In this document: piece by piece, positions 53,200 to 61,741 of the stretch
Position numbering within the stretch: the stretch's first letter is position 1
How the letters are laid out: every line of letters begins with the position of its first letter
IMG/VR virus record: IMGVR_UViG_3300007352_000001
Location: 1-64,000 of that record
Length of the DNA: 64,000 bases
Reading direction: 5' to 3' (one strand)
Translations under genes and position numbers: made by a program
Notes under the pieces: model-generated
Seen by the model: the letters and a program-made list of their open reading frames with translations, nothing else
The model's database searches: none
What the model was told of the DNA's origin: nothing

Positions 53200-53707
53200 T
53201 GTCTCCGCGGCGATCAGTGCGATTCTCGACGGCGCGGCCGTGCCGGTGATCGCCGAGGCGATGATGCGCATGGGCATGGGTGCCCCGCCGCCGGTCAACA
53301 CCGGCGCCACCGGCGAAGCCGAGGATCGCAAGCACGCCGCGTGGATCGAGCCCAACGGCCGTACGCACGTGCTCGGCAGGGAAGAGATTCACGGCGACTG
53401 GGCCACGGCACGGCCCGAGATGTGGCCCAAGCGAGCGTACGCGGTCTACCGCGCCGCGGCCGGCCGCGGCGACGACACCTACCACGACGAATCGCGGCAA
53501 ATGAGCCGCATGATGAAGGCCGGGTGGGTGCGCAAGGCTGGCGCCGCCGCGTACCACGTCCACGCCCGCGAGCAGATCCCACGGGTCCTCGCCCACGTGC
53601 GCCGCTGGCATCCAGACGTCGACGAGTTCCATGTCGACGTCGGCTCGCCGAAGATCAAGACGACGGTCACGATGAACGCGCACACCGGGTGGCCGGTGCG
53701 GAGGTAG
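53192..53707 (+). CDS. helical tag plus W-x-x-P-x-G domain protein
   Basis: AAISAILDGAAVPVIAEA; AWIEPNG...H..W...AGWVRK. Confidence 0.7.
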   Translation: MRDVSAAISAILDGAAVPVIAEAMMRMGMGAPPPVNTGATGEAEDRKHAAWIEPNGRTHVLGREEIHGDWATARPEMWPKRAYAVYRAAAGRGDDTYHDESRQMSRMMKAGWVRKAGAAAYHVHAREQIPRVLAHVRRWHPDVDEFHVDVGSPKIKTTVTMNAHTGWPVRR

Positions 53708-53715
53708 ACTGACTC

Positions 53716-55266
53716 ATGCCCATGGACGCTTCGCCCTACCAAGCTCAAGGACCGGGTGACCCGAGCGCAGGCGCGGGGCCTCCGGCGTCGCAGAATCCGC
53801 CGCCGCCAGGCCCACCACAGGTCCCTGGGGCGCCGGATCCGCGCATGCAGCCGTTTGGGCAGCAGGCGTCGCCCGGCAACTTCCTGCAGCAGATCCGACA
53901 GTTCTCGGCGGACTGTGCCCAGGTCGAAGAGATCGTCACCGAGCTGCAGAAGCTCCTGCTGCAGATCAAGATGTCGATGCCGCCCGATCGCGTCGAGGCC
54001 ACGACCCAGGCGATGGGGCAGCTGCTCGCGGCGCAGTCTGGGCTCACCGGTGCTCGCATGGTGCTGGAGATGGCCACGATGCCGCAGCAGCAAGCCGGTG
54101 CCGGCGGTGGCGGTGTGCGAGAGGACAAGACGCCCGAGCCGACGACGTTCACCGCGCTTGTCGAACAGGCGGGCAAAGCAAAGTTCGGCCTGCCTCATGC
54201 GCCGCGGCGCTACACCTGCCAGGACTGCGGCCAAGAGCAGAAGATCTCGACCAACCACACCGACGACGTATCGGACTACTGCCGCGGCTGTTCGTGGAAG
54301 CCGTCGTTCGGCAAGACGGGCCACAACATCCCCGCGCTCGGTGGGCATACCTACCGCCGCTTCTCCTACGTCGGTGAACTGAAGGAATCCGCCGATGACA
54401 TCGAGCGCACGCTCGGGGTTGGTCGCTACGCTCGGCCGCAGACCGCCGCTGATCGCAAGCTCATCCGCGACTTCCTGGCGCCGAACACGACGGCAACGGC
54501 AGATGCATGGGCACGCCGGCCGGCCGGTCCGGTGACCACGCACGCCCGCTCGCCGTTCCAGCTGTCGATCCAGAAGACCGCCCTCGGGAAGAAAGGCGGC
54601 GTGCACGAAGCGCTCGCGACGACCTCGCACCACATGAGCGGGGGCGGTGGCACCGCGACGCAGACGCTCACCATCCCTGAGCGCGAGTACCAGATCCGCG
54701 AGTTCACTGACGGGCCGGTCACCCGTTACGAGCTGTCGCGCATCGGCAATGACCTACGGGCGCAGGTGCCGATCTACGTGTTCCATGACCAGAAGACCGG
54801 CGCGTGGAAGTCGACGCTTTTCCAGGAAGACGACGGAGGCGGCGATCGCCACGCCGAGCTGGTGAAGCGCTGGCTCTTCCAGGGCCGGCCGGCACGCATC
54901 ACCGACGCCATGGAACCGGTTGGCGGCTCGCCGCCAGCGTGGCCGTTCATGGACAACGACGGCTACGAGCGGCCAGGCTTCCACTCGACCCAGCGGCCGG
55001 TGGGAATCCCCGATCCAGGTCCGGGCCAGGGGCACTATGCCGAGTCGTCGTTCGGCGCGCTTGTTGACGAGACCAAGCGGTTCTCGAAGAGCGAGGTGGT
55101 GGCGTCGCTGCGCCAGCACGCACAGGACATCCGCGACGGCAAGATCAAGACGCGCTCGCCGAACGATGAGCCGCACACCATCATTGGCCCCGACGGCAAG
55201 CCGCACATCCCTCGTGGCCGTGTCGGGGCTGCCTCGCGCGTGCGCGTGAAGAAAGGCCGCGTATGA
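53716..55266 (+). CDS. multi-module protein (Pro/Gln-rich N-terminus, zinc ribbon, FxALV[DE] linkers, C-terminal GRVGAASR)
   Basis: GGAGG RBS; CQDC...CRGC; VRED, LKES, VHEA linkers. Confidence 0.7.
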   Translation: MPMDASPYQAQGPGDPSAGAGPPASQNPPPPGPPQVPGAPDPRMQPFGQQASPGNFLQQIRQFSADCAQVEEIVTELQKLLLQIKMSMPPDRVEATTQAMGQLLAAQSGLTGARMVLEMATMPQQQAGAGGGGVREDKTPEPTTFTALVEQAGKAKFGLPHAPRRYTCQDCGQEQKISTNHTDDVSDYCRGCSWKPSFGKTGHNIPALGGHTYRRFSYVGELKESADDIERTLGVGRYARPQTAADRKLIRDFLAPNTTATADAWARRPAGPVTTHARSPFQLSIQKTALGKKGGVHEALATTSHHMSGGGGTATQTLTIPEREYQIREFTDGPVTRYELSRIGNDLRAQVPIYVFHDQKTGAWKSTLFQEDDGGGDRHAELVKRWLFQGRPARITDAMEPVGGSPPAWPFMDNDGYERPGFHSTQRPVGIPDPGPGQGHYAESSFGALVDETKRFSKSEVVASLRQHAQDIRDGKIKTRSPNDEPHTIIGPDGKPHIPRGRVGAASRVRVKKGRV

Positions 55267-55631
55267 GCTTCCAACGGCTCGTCGACCAAGTCATCGAGTC
55301 TGACAAGGACCCGTCGCACGCCAAGGCGCCGTCGCTCGGGCAGATGAGCAGTCAGTTCTCCTCGCGCTTGCGGATGCCAGGGAAGATGCCACGGCTCGGC
55401 AGCCTCCGGCCTGGTACGGGCCGCGCGCTCCCGCTCGCCAACCTCCGACCACAGTTGCACCAGGGCCAGCACGCGATCCACGGCCCTGGGGACCTCAAGC
55501 CGAAGTTCCGTTTCCACTCGCAAGCGATCGCCGGGCGCGTCGCGCAACTCCTCTCGATGCGCTCGAAACAGAAGCACGAAGTCCGGTTGAGTCCAGTGGC
55601 GCAGCGCCATCCTTTCGCGCCAACGGGCTAA
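55263..55631 (+). CDS. basic protein with N-terminal MSFQRLVDQVIES
   Basis: ATGA coupling. Confidence 0.6.
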   Translation: MSFQRLVDQVIESDKDPSHAKAPSLGQMSSQFSSRLRMPGKMPRLGSLRPGTGRALPLANLRPQLHQGQHAIHGPGDLKPKFRFHSQAIAGRVAQLLSMRSKQKHEVRLSPVAQRHPFAPTG

Positions 55632-55768
55632 CCACCAGCCGACGGCCTGCTCTGCCCAGCTCGCCGACCCGGCGCGTCCTGCGGGAGCGCCCTCCCCCGG
55701 CGCTCCCGTAGTCGACCTGTTCAGCACGGGAGGCTTACCCGTGCGGCAGCACCAACGGAGACAAGCAC

Positions 55769-56662
55769 ATGGCGCTGCTGGACATCTTCCGTATCTACGA
55801 TCGGCACGTGGTCGACTTCGTTCGACACACCGTGAATCCGATCATCACGCAGTTGGACGTCGATGTCAGTGACGACGTCTCCTTCGCTTCGCCCGAGCGT
55901 CCCTACGCGGCTCGCGGCAACAATCCCCAATCTCGTGAACAAGCAGAACGCACCAAGCACGTCTCCGGCCTGATCGGAGACTTCCAATACGACGACCTGG
56001 TCGGCCAGACCGAGACGACGATCGACGAGCAGCGCGGCGTGCAGACCTTTGCCACGCCACGAGTGTCAGTCACGCGGCTCACCTGGCAGTTCTCCTCCGC
56101 ACGCAACAACACCGTGCCGGTCCGCCGGCTCCGGGTGTGGGATGCGGACGGCAAGCAGAACTTCTACCTGCAGACCGCCAAGGGCATCCGTCCGTGGGAT
56201 CTGCACTACCAGCTCGACTTCCAGACGCGCTTTCGCGAGGACATGAACCAGCTCCTGCGCTGGTACCTGTACCACCCGGACCAGACCTACTCGATCCAGG
56301 TGGACTTCCGGTACCCGTGGGGCTTCAAGTCCATCCCGCTGCAGTTCGATCAGATCGTCGACAACTCCGACATCGAGACCGGCGAGAAGGAACGCGCGAT
56401 CCGCTACACCATCCCCATGACCGTTGAGGGGTGGATGCTCGAAGCGTACGAGACCGAGCGGGACATTCCGTTCGACTCGGTCGCGCCGAACTTCTGGCTC
56501 ACGCAGAAGACCCGCATCGCCAAGACGGTCTGCATTCAGCACGCGCTGGCGTCGTTCGACGCCGCCGGCAACGTGCGCTCCTCCACCATCATCGAGCTGC
56601 CCGAGACGTGTTTCTCCGGAAGCACCATCGCGCTCCAAGGCAGTGGGAGCACGACGATCTAA
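55769..56662 (+). CDS. tail terminator/sheath stabilizer (T4 gp15-like)
   Basis: FASPER, PRVSVTR, PWDLHYQLDF, DMNQL, RYTIPMTVEGW. Confidence 0.7.
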   Translation: MALLDIFRIYDRHVVDFVRHTVNPIITQLDVDVSDDVSFASPERPYAARGNNPQSREQAERTKHVSGLIGDFQYDDLVGQTETTIDEQRGVQTFATPRVSVTRLTWQFSSARNNTVPVRRLRVWDADGKQNFYLQTAKGIRPWDLHYQLDFQTRFREDMNQLLRWYLYHPDQTYSIQVDFRYPWGFKSIPLQFDQIVDNSDIETGEKERAIRYTIPMTVEGWMLEAYETERDIPFDSVAPNFWLTQKTRIAKTVCIQHALASFDAAGNVRSSTIIELPETCFSGSTIALQGSGSTTI

Positions 56663-57162
56663 TGCGCCCCTCCGATCTCACCAAACAGGTCCACCGTGCG
56701 CTCAAGGAAGAGTGGGACCGGTTGAAGGAGCAAGAAGGGAAGAAGCTCGCGCGCGAGTTCAAGAATGACCTGCGCACGCGCATCAAGCTCCAGGCCTTCA
56801 CCAGCTGGGTGCCTCTCTCACCCGAATACAAGAAGCGCAAGGAGAAGCTCGGGCTCGACCCGCGCACGCTGATGGCACGGGGCGACTACGTCAACTCGAT
56901 CCGGATCCGCCGCACAACCGAGAACACCTACGTCGTCGACGTGCCGCAGACCGTCAAGCACTACTCCGGTCTCACCTACAAGGAGCTGGCGGCGGTGCAC
57001 GAGTACGGCAGCAAGAAGGCGCACATCCCGGCTCGGCCGCATTGGCGTCCCACCATCCGTCGCTACCAGGCTCGCAAGCGCGAGCTGGAGAAGGCGATGC
57101 AGGAGAAGCTCGTGCAGCGGGTCGAGAAGCGCGTGAAGGCCTCGCTCAGCGGTGGGAGCTAG
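56662..57162 (+). CDS. tail completion/neck protein (HK97 gp10 / virion morphogenesis-like)
   Basis: WVPLSP.Y..RK, AAVHEYG...HIPARPHWRP. Confidence 0.75.
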   Translation: MRPSDLTKQVHRALKEEWDRLKEQEGKKLAREFKNDLRTRIKLQAFTSWVPLSPEYKKRKEKLGLDPRTLMARGDYVNSIRIRRTTENTYVVDVPQTVKHYSGLTYKELAAVHEYGSKKAHIPARPHWRPTIRRYQARKRELEKAMQEKLVQRVEKRVKASLSGGS

Positions 57163-57737
57163 AGCGCGACCAGGAGCCCGGTAGAGACGATCAGGATCAA
57201 CACGAAGAGCATCACCCAACGGGTTGCAATGATCCGAATGCTGATGTCCTGGCCGAAAAACTCCGTGCTCTTCTTGCGACGACGCTGCCCGTCGACCGGC
57301 TCTAAGACGATGCTCTTGATCAGGCACATGCGCCGGAAGAAGTAGACCCACATCGGCACGAAGGTCGCCAAGAACAGGACGCCAATCACGACGTGCAAGA
57401 TGTCCTCGCCCGCCACCTTCCAGACGATCAGGGCGAGCGTGACCTTGCCGGTTGTCGAGGCTAAGAACTGGTCCGCGGCCACGCCCAACTCTTTCGCCAC
57501 CGTGGTGAAAGCGAGAGCGATGTCCTTGCCGAGCTGTGCCCAGTCGCTCACGCGTTCAGGGGTCAGTGCGCCGAGCGCGTTGGGGTCTACAGTCGGGGTG
57601 GAACGCATCCGCTCAGCCTGCTGGGCCAGGTCCAGCTTCTGCATCTCTGACAGCCCGCTCGTGTCAACGGTGACAGCAGCGAATGCTCCACTGCTGAACA
57701 CCAGGGCTCCTACGACGATCGCCACCGTCATCCTCAT
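57159..57737 (-). CDS. membrane protein with signal peptide
   Basis: Signal peptide plus 2-3 TM segments; ATGA coupling to pyrE. Confidence 0.7.
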   Translation of the reverse strand: MRMTVAIVVGALVFSSGAFAAVTVDTSGLSEMQKLDLAQQAERMRSTPTVDPNALGALTPERVSDWAQLGKDIALAFTTVAKELGVAADQFLASTTGKVTLALIVWKVAGEDILHVVIGVLFLATFVPMWVYFFRRMCLIKSIVLEPVDGQRRRKKSTEFFGQDISIRIIATRWVMLFVLILIVSTGLLVAL

Positions 57738-58294
57738 CGCTGTCCTCCATCCTCTTCTCGGCGAAACGCTTCGATGTCGCTCTTCGTCACAAGCGCGGTG
57801 CAGGGGACGTCCAGCTCGTCCTCGATCCGGCGTCGCCCACCTTCCTCGCGGTCAACGCACGCGAGCACCATCAAGACCTTCAGTTGCGCGGCTTTGCATG
57901 CTGCCGCCGCTCGTAGCACGCTTCCACCGGTGGTGATCACGTCCTCAACGAGGATCACGCGGTCGTTCGGTCGTGTCGGGCCGGTGATGACGCTGGTGTC
58001 GAGCCCGTGGTCCTTGGGCTCGCGGCGTACGCTGAACCAGTAGAGGTCCGGGCACAGTGCGAGCACCGCAACTGCCATCGGGTCCGCACCGAGCGCCGGC
58101 CCGCCAACGCCATGGGCAGAGCCAGGGAGTGGACCAATCAGGTCGACCAGCGCCGGCATGATGTCCCCGCGGCGCAGCGCCTTGCTGGCGTCAATCAAGA
58201 CGGGGCTACGTCCACCCGAGGACAGCTTGAAGTCGCCCGTGCGGTAGGAGAACGCGGCGAGTGCTGCCAGGAGTCGTCTTCGGCTCGGATTCAT
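57734..58294 (-). CDS. pyrE: orotate phosphoribosyltransferase
   Basis: GDFKLSSG, VRREPKDHG loop, VILVEDVITTGGS PRPP motif, VDREEG; GAGGAG RBS before ATG 58294. Confidence 0.88.
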   Translation of the reverse strand: MNPSRRRLLAALAAFSYRTGDFKLSSGGRSPVLIDASKALRRGDIMPALVDLIGPLPGSAHGVGGPALGADPMAVAVLALCPDLYWFSVRREPKDHGLDTSVITGPTRPNDRVILVEDVITTGGSVLRAAAACKAAQLKVLMVLACVDREEGGRRRIEDELDVPCTALVTKSDIEAFRREEDGGQR

Positions 58295-58306
58295 GGCTCC
58301 TCGAAA

Positions 58307-58379
58307 TGTCCCCGACGGGAATCGAACCCGTGTTGCCGACGTGAAAGGCCGGTGTCCTAGACCGCTAGACGACGGGGAC
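58307..58379 (-). tRNA. tRNA-Glu(TTC), no encoded CCA
   Basis: GTCCCCG/CGGGGAC acceptor; CCGGC-CTTTCAC-GTCGG anticodon arm; GGTTCGATTCC. Confidence 0.92.
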
Positions 58380-58384
58380 TGAAG

Positions 58385-58466
58385 TGCGAAGAGGGGGAGT
58401 CGAACCCCCACGGATTGCTCCACTAGGCCCTCGACCTAGCGCGTCTGCCAGTTCCGCCATCCTCGC
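58385..58466 (-). tRNA. tRNA-Leu(GAG), long variable arm, C at position 33
   Basis: GCGAGGA/TCTTCGC acceptor; CTAGG-TCGAGGG-CCTAG. Confidence 0.88.
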
Positions 58467-58507
58467 CAATGCTGTCAGAAAACTGTGCTGGTTTTTCTGA
58501 CAAGGAG

Positions 58508-58592
58508 TGCGCGGAGAGGGACTTGAACCCCCACGCCGTGTGGCCGGCAACAGGTTTTGAGCCTGCCGTGTCTGCGATTCCACCATCCGCGC
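58508..58592 (-). tRNA. tRNA-Leu(CAA), long variable arm
   Basis: GCGCGGA/TCCGCGC acceptor; GCAGG-CTCAAAA-CCTGT. Confidence 0.92.
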
Positions 58593-59150
58593 TTACTGTC
58601 CATTCCACCCGGCCGCAGTGATCTCGCCGCGGTGTTCGTGCAACATCTCGTTGAGCGGGAGGATCGGCTCTTCTCCCACCAGCTGCCGTTTCATCAGTCG
58701 ATCGTACAACAGCACGTTCACCGCTGCACTCAAGTTCAAGCAGTGGAAGCTCGGGATGTGGACGAAGCGGTGACAGAGTGTGCGGTACGCTGGCGGCACG
58801 GCGCCGTCTTCCGGACCAAACACGTAGACTGGGCGCGCCGGATGCTCGAAAGTCGTCAGCGGCTCTGAGTGCTCAAAGAGATCGACGCACACCGGCGTGC
58901 AGTCCACCGGCAAGGCGTCGAACGGCCGCTCACTACGCTGCCAGTTCACGGCTGCGTACCCTTTCATGCGTTCCTCACGTGGCAGGCGTTCGTACTCATC
59001 GCCGGTCACACGAGTGCCGGTCCAGAAGAGGGTCGATACGCCGAAGCACGACAGCGCGCGGATCGCTGCGCCAACGTTGTGCGAGTACTTCGGGTCGACC
59101 AGGACGACCGCAGGAACCTCCAACCGTTTCATCGTCACACCAGCGGACAT
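58593..59150 (-). CDS. SPOUT (SpoU/TrmL-like) RNA 2'-O-methyltransferase
   Basis: VVLVDPKYSHNVGAAIR, FGPEDGA, VHIP..CLNLSAAV..LLYD; single domain; start at 59132, 59150 or 59159. Confidence 0.88.
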   Translation of the reverse strand: MSAGVTMKRLEVPAVVLVDPKYSHNVGAAIRALSCFGVSTLFWTGTRVTGDEYERLPREERMKGYAAVNWQRSERPFDALPVDCTPVCVDLFEHSEPLTTFEHPARPVYVFGPEDGAVPPAYRTLCHRFVHIPSFHCLNLSAAVNVLLYDRLMKRQLVGEEPILPLNEMLHEHRGEITAAGWNGQ

Positions 59151-59313
59151 CGTTCGCATAGCTCTGTGTTGGTTGTCAACGCTGAGCTTCCGCCCGTCCC
59201 CTAACCTTCGCGCTCTCTCATTCGACTCCATGTGACCGAACCATCCTTGGGCGGATGGGTCGGCCTGCCCTGATGGCGTTGGGAGAGGCGACCACCACAG
59301 GAGGGGTGCGCCT

Positions 59314-61068
59314 ATGGCCACCGCATTCGTCTCTCCCGGTGTGTTTGTCCGGGAGATCGACCAATCCCTGTACGTCCGGCAGCTGTCGGATACGTCTTTG
59401 GGAGTGGTCGGTACCGCCAGCTGGGGTCCGGTCAACGAACCGCAGCTGATCACCAGTGTCAACCAGCTGCTCAACACCTTCGGTCCACCACTCGGACTCG
59501 ACACGAGCAACGCCTACGGCACCGCCGTCCACCCGATGATCAACACGGTCATGCGCTACCTGCGCAAGGGTCGTCGCGCGTGGGTCGTACGTGTCGAGGG
59601 GTCGGGCAGCAACTCGGCCGTGGAAGCCAACGTCGATCTCTACGCGATCGCCGGATCGGGCTCGGGGCCGTCGATTGCAGTGAACGCCAAGCACGGCGGC
59701 ACCTACGGCAACCAGATCCGCCTGCGGATCTCGAACGGCACGATCACTGGCCGCAAGAAGCTGACCGTCTACCTCGGCTCGCCGAACGACGCCGCGGTCC
59801 TGCAACAGGTCGAGACGTTCGACAACCTGAAGAAGACCAACGAGGCGGCCACCGCGACGACGTCGACCGACGTCGACTCATGGCTGACCAAGATCAACGG
59901 CGTCTCGGCGTACATCGAGGTCGCGCAGGGTGGTGACATCACCAACCAGCCCGACAACGTGAACCAGTCCGAGCCGGCGTCGGCGGGTCTCCAAGACGCG
60001 TCCGATCTCACCAACTCGGCCGATCAGCTCGACACCAACGACACGTTCTACAGCTTCGCGAACGGCGCCGACGGTGTGGGGCAGGTCTCGGACTCCGACT
60101 TCATCGGCACGCCGACGGGCGGGCCGAACGGGCAACCGTCTGGTCTGCACTGCTTCGACAACGCGGAAGCGTTCGTCGTCAACGTGCTGGCCGTGCCGGG
60201 CGCCCAGAAGCACTTCAACTCGACCGAGCACATCCGGCCGGGGCACACGTCGGCCATCGTCAACGCCCTCCAGTCCGTCTGCCTGATCCGGCAGGACTCG
60301 ATGGCACTGGTCGACCCACCGATCGCGCTCACGCCGACGCAGGTCGCGCACTGGCACAACGGCGACTTCAACCTCGACGGCACCGACGAGTCGGCGGCGT
60401 TCAACTCGAACCTCCTGGCGCTCCACTACCCGTGGGTCCAGGTGTTCGACGAGTTCACCGGCACCAACGTCTACCTCCCGCCATCGGCGTTCGTCGCCGA
60501 GGCGATCGCCAACACGGACTTCGTCTCGGATCCGTGGTTCGCACCGGCTGGTCTCAACCGTGCCCGGATCGAGGCGGCGATCAAGGCCGAGCGCACGCTC
60601 ACCCAGGGCGAGCGCGACTTCCTCTACTCGGGCGGCAACGTCATCAACCCGATCGCCACGTTCCAGGGCACCGGGCTGGTGATCTGGGGACAGCGCACGA
60701 TGCAGCGGCAAGCCACCGCGCTCGACCGCATCAACGTGCGCCGCATGCTGCTCATCCTCCGCAAGCTGATCGCCACGGCGTGTCAGTCGCTCGTCTTCGA
60801 GCCGAACGACGCGACGCTCTGGCGGCGTTTCCGTGGCCTCGTCTCGCCGTTCTTGGAGGCGGTGCAGAACCGCCGCGGCATCACGCAGTTCCGTGTGATC
60901 TGCGACGAGACCACCAACACCCCTGACGTCATCGAGCAGAACCAGATGATCGGGAAGATCTTCATTCAGCCGACCAAGACGGCTGAGATCCTGGTCATCG
61001 ACTTCGTGCTGACGCCACAGGGGGCGCAGTTCCAAGAGATCGTCCAGTCGCTCGGCGGCTCGGTCTGA
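59314..61068 (+). CDS. gp18: tail sheath protein (T4 gp18-like)
   Basis: FVSPGVFVREID, WGPVNEP, PWFAPAGLNR, WGQRT, RINVRR, FEPND, PTKTAE. Confidence 0.97.
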   Translation: MATAFVSPGVFVREIDQSLYVRQLSDTSLGVVGTASWGPVNEPQLITSVNQLLNTFGPPLGLDTSNAYGTAVHPMINTVMRYLRKGRRAWVVRVEGSGSNSAVEANVDLYAIAGSGSGPSIAVNAKHGGTYGNQIRLRISNGTITGRKKLTVYLGSPNDAAVLQQVETFDNLKKTNEAATATTSTDVDSWLTKINGVSAYIEVAQGGDITNQPDNVNQSEPASAGLQDASDLTNSADQLDTNDTFYSFANGADGVGQVSDSDFIGTPTGGPNGQPSGLHCFDNAEAFVVNVLAVPGAQKHFNSTEHIRPGHTSAIVNALQSVCLIRQDSMALVDPPIALTPTQVAHWHNGDFNLDGTDESAAFNSNLLALHYPWVQVFDEFTGTNVYLPPSAFVAEAIANTDFVSDPWFAPAGLNRARIEAAIKAERTLTQGERDFLYSGGNVINPIATFQGTGLVIWGQRTMQRQATALDRINVRRMLLILRKLIATACQSLVFEPNDATLWRRFRGLVSPFLEAVQNRRGITQFRVICDETTNTPDVIEQNQMIGKIFIQPTKTAEILVIDFVLTPQGAQFQEIVQSLGGSV

Positions 61069-61076
61069 TCTCAGTC

Positions 61077-61121
61077 GGCCCCGGCGTCGGTTACCGCAAC
61101 GACGCCGGGGCCTCTCCCTTC
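61077..61121 (+). terminator. intrinsic terminator-like hairpin between convergent genes
   Basis: 13-bp perfect stem GGCCCCGGCGTCG/CGACGCCGGGGCC followed by a pyrimidine tract. Confidence 0.7.
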
Positions 61122-61124
61122 ACG

Positions 61125-61649
61125 TCACGGTGTACAGAAGCCGAAGTCCTCGCTGCACTTCGCCTTCACGCGCCCACGGACCTGCACCTGACGTCCCAAC
61201 CCGTCGCGGTAGGAGTAGAAGAAGTCACCGTCGCTGCTGGTGAAGCGAAGCGACGGCCCGGACCCACTGAATCGCCACTCTTCGGCCATGCCGCCGACGA
61301 GCACGTTCTGGGTGGAGAGATCGACGGTGTCACTGCCCAGGACACCGGTGAACAGGAAGCGCCGCGTGAGTCCGGCTTCCTGCTCGCGGCCACGGAACGT
61401 GACCGTGTCCGCATCAGCATTGAGCGGGCAGTTCACGTCGAAGTCGATGATGCGCAAGGACTCGGGGTCGCCGCCGGCCGGCGGAACCCACTCGATCAGG
61501 TTCAGTCCGCCGTGGCACGAGATGGTCTCGCGGTTGCCGTCGATCACCCGAGTGCCCTTGATCTTCGCCGTACCGATGAACTGCGCGCTGGCCGTGCTAG
61601 CCGCGGTCAGAACGAGCGCGGCGAGTACGAGTTTCTGCAGTCGATACAT
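61125..61649 (-). CDS. secreted beta-rich protein
   Basis: MYRLQKLVLAALVLTAASTASA signal peptide; 4 Cys. Confidence 0.7.
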   Translation of the reverse strand: MYRLQKLVLAALVLTAASTASAQFIGTAKIKGTRVIDGNRETISCHGGLNLIEWVPPAGGDPESLRIIDFDVNCPLNADADTVTFRGREQEAGLTRRFLFTGVLGSDTVDLSTQNVLVGGMAEEWRFSGSGPSLRFTSSDGDFFYSYRDGLGRQVQVRGRVKAKCSEDFGFCTP

Positions 61650-61741
61650 TGTGGTTTCCCCCCACAAAGCTGAGGTGCATTGGCATTCGCACACGATAGC
61701 CCCCACGTGTGCGAGGGGGACCACGACAGTTCATCAGGGTG

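Noticed and set aside
58295-58423. N-terminal extension of pyrE given by the ORF track
   Set aside because: It overlaps two tRNA genes; ATG 58294 has its own RBS.
59160-59510. N-terminal extension of the SPOUT methyltransferase ORF
   Set aside because: It overlaps the start of the sheath gene on the other strand; SPOUT similarity begins near 59130.
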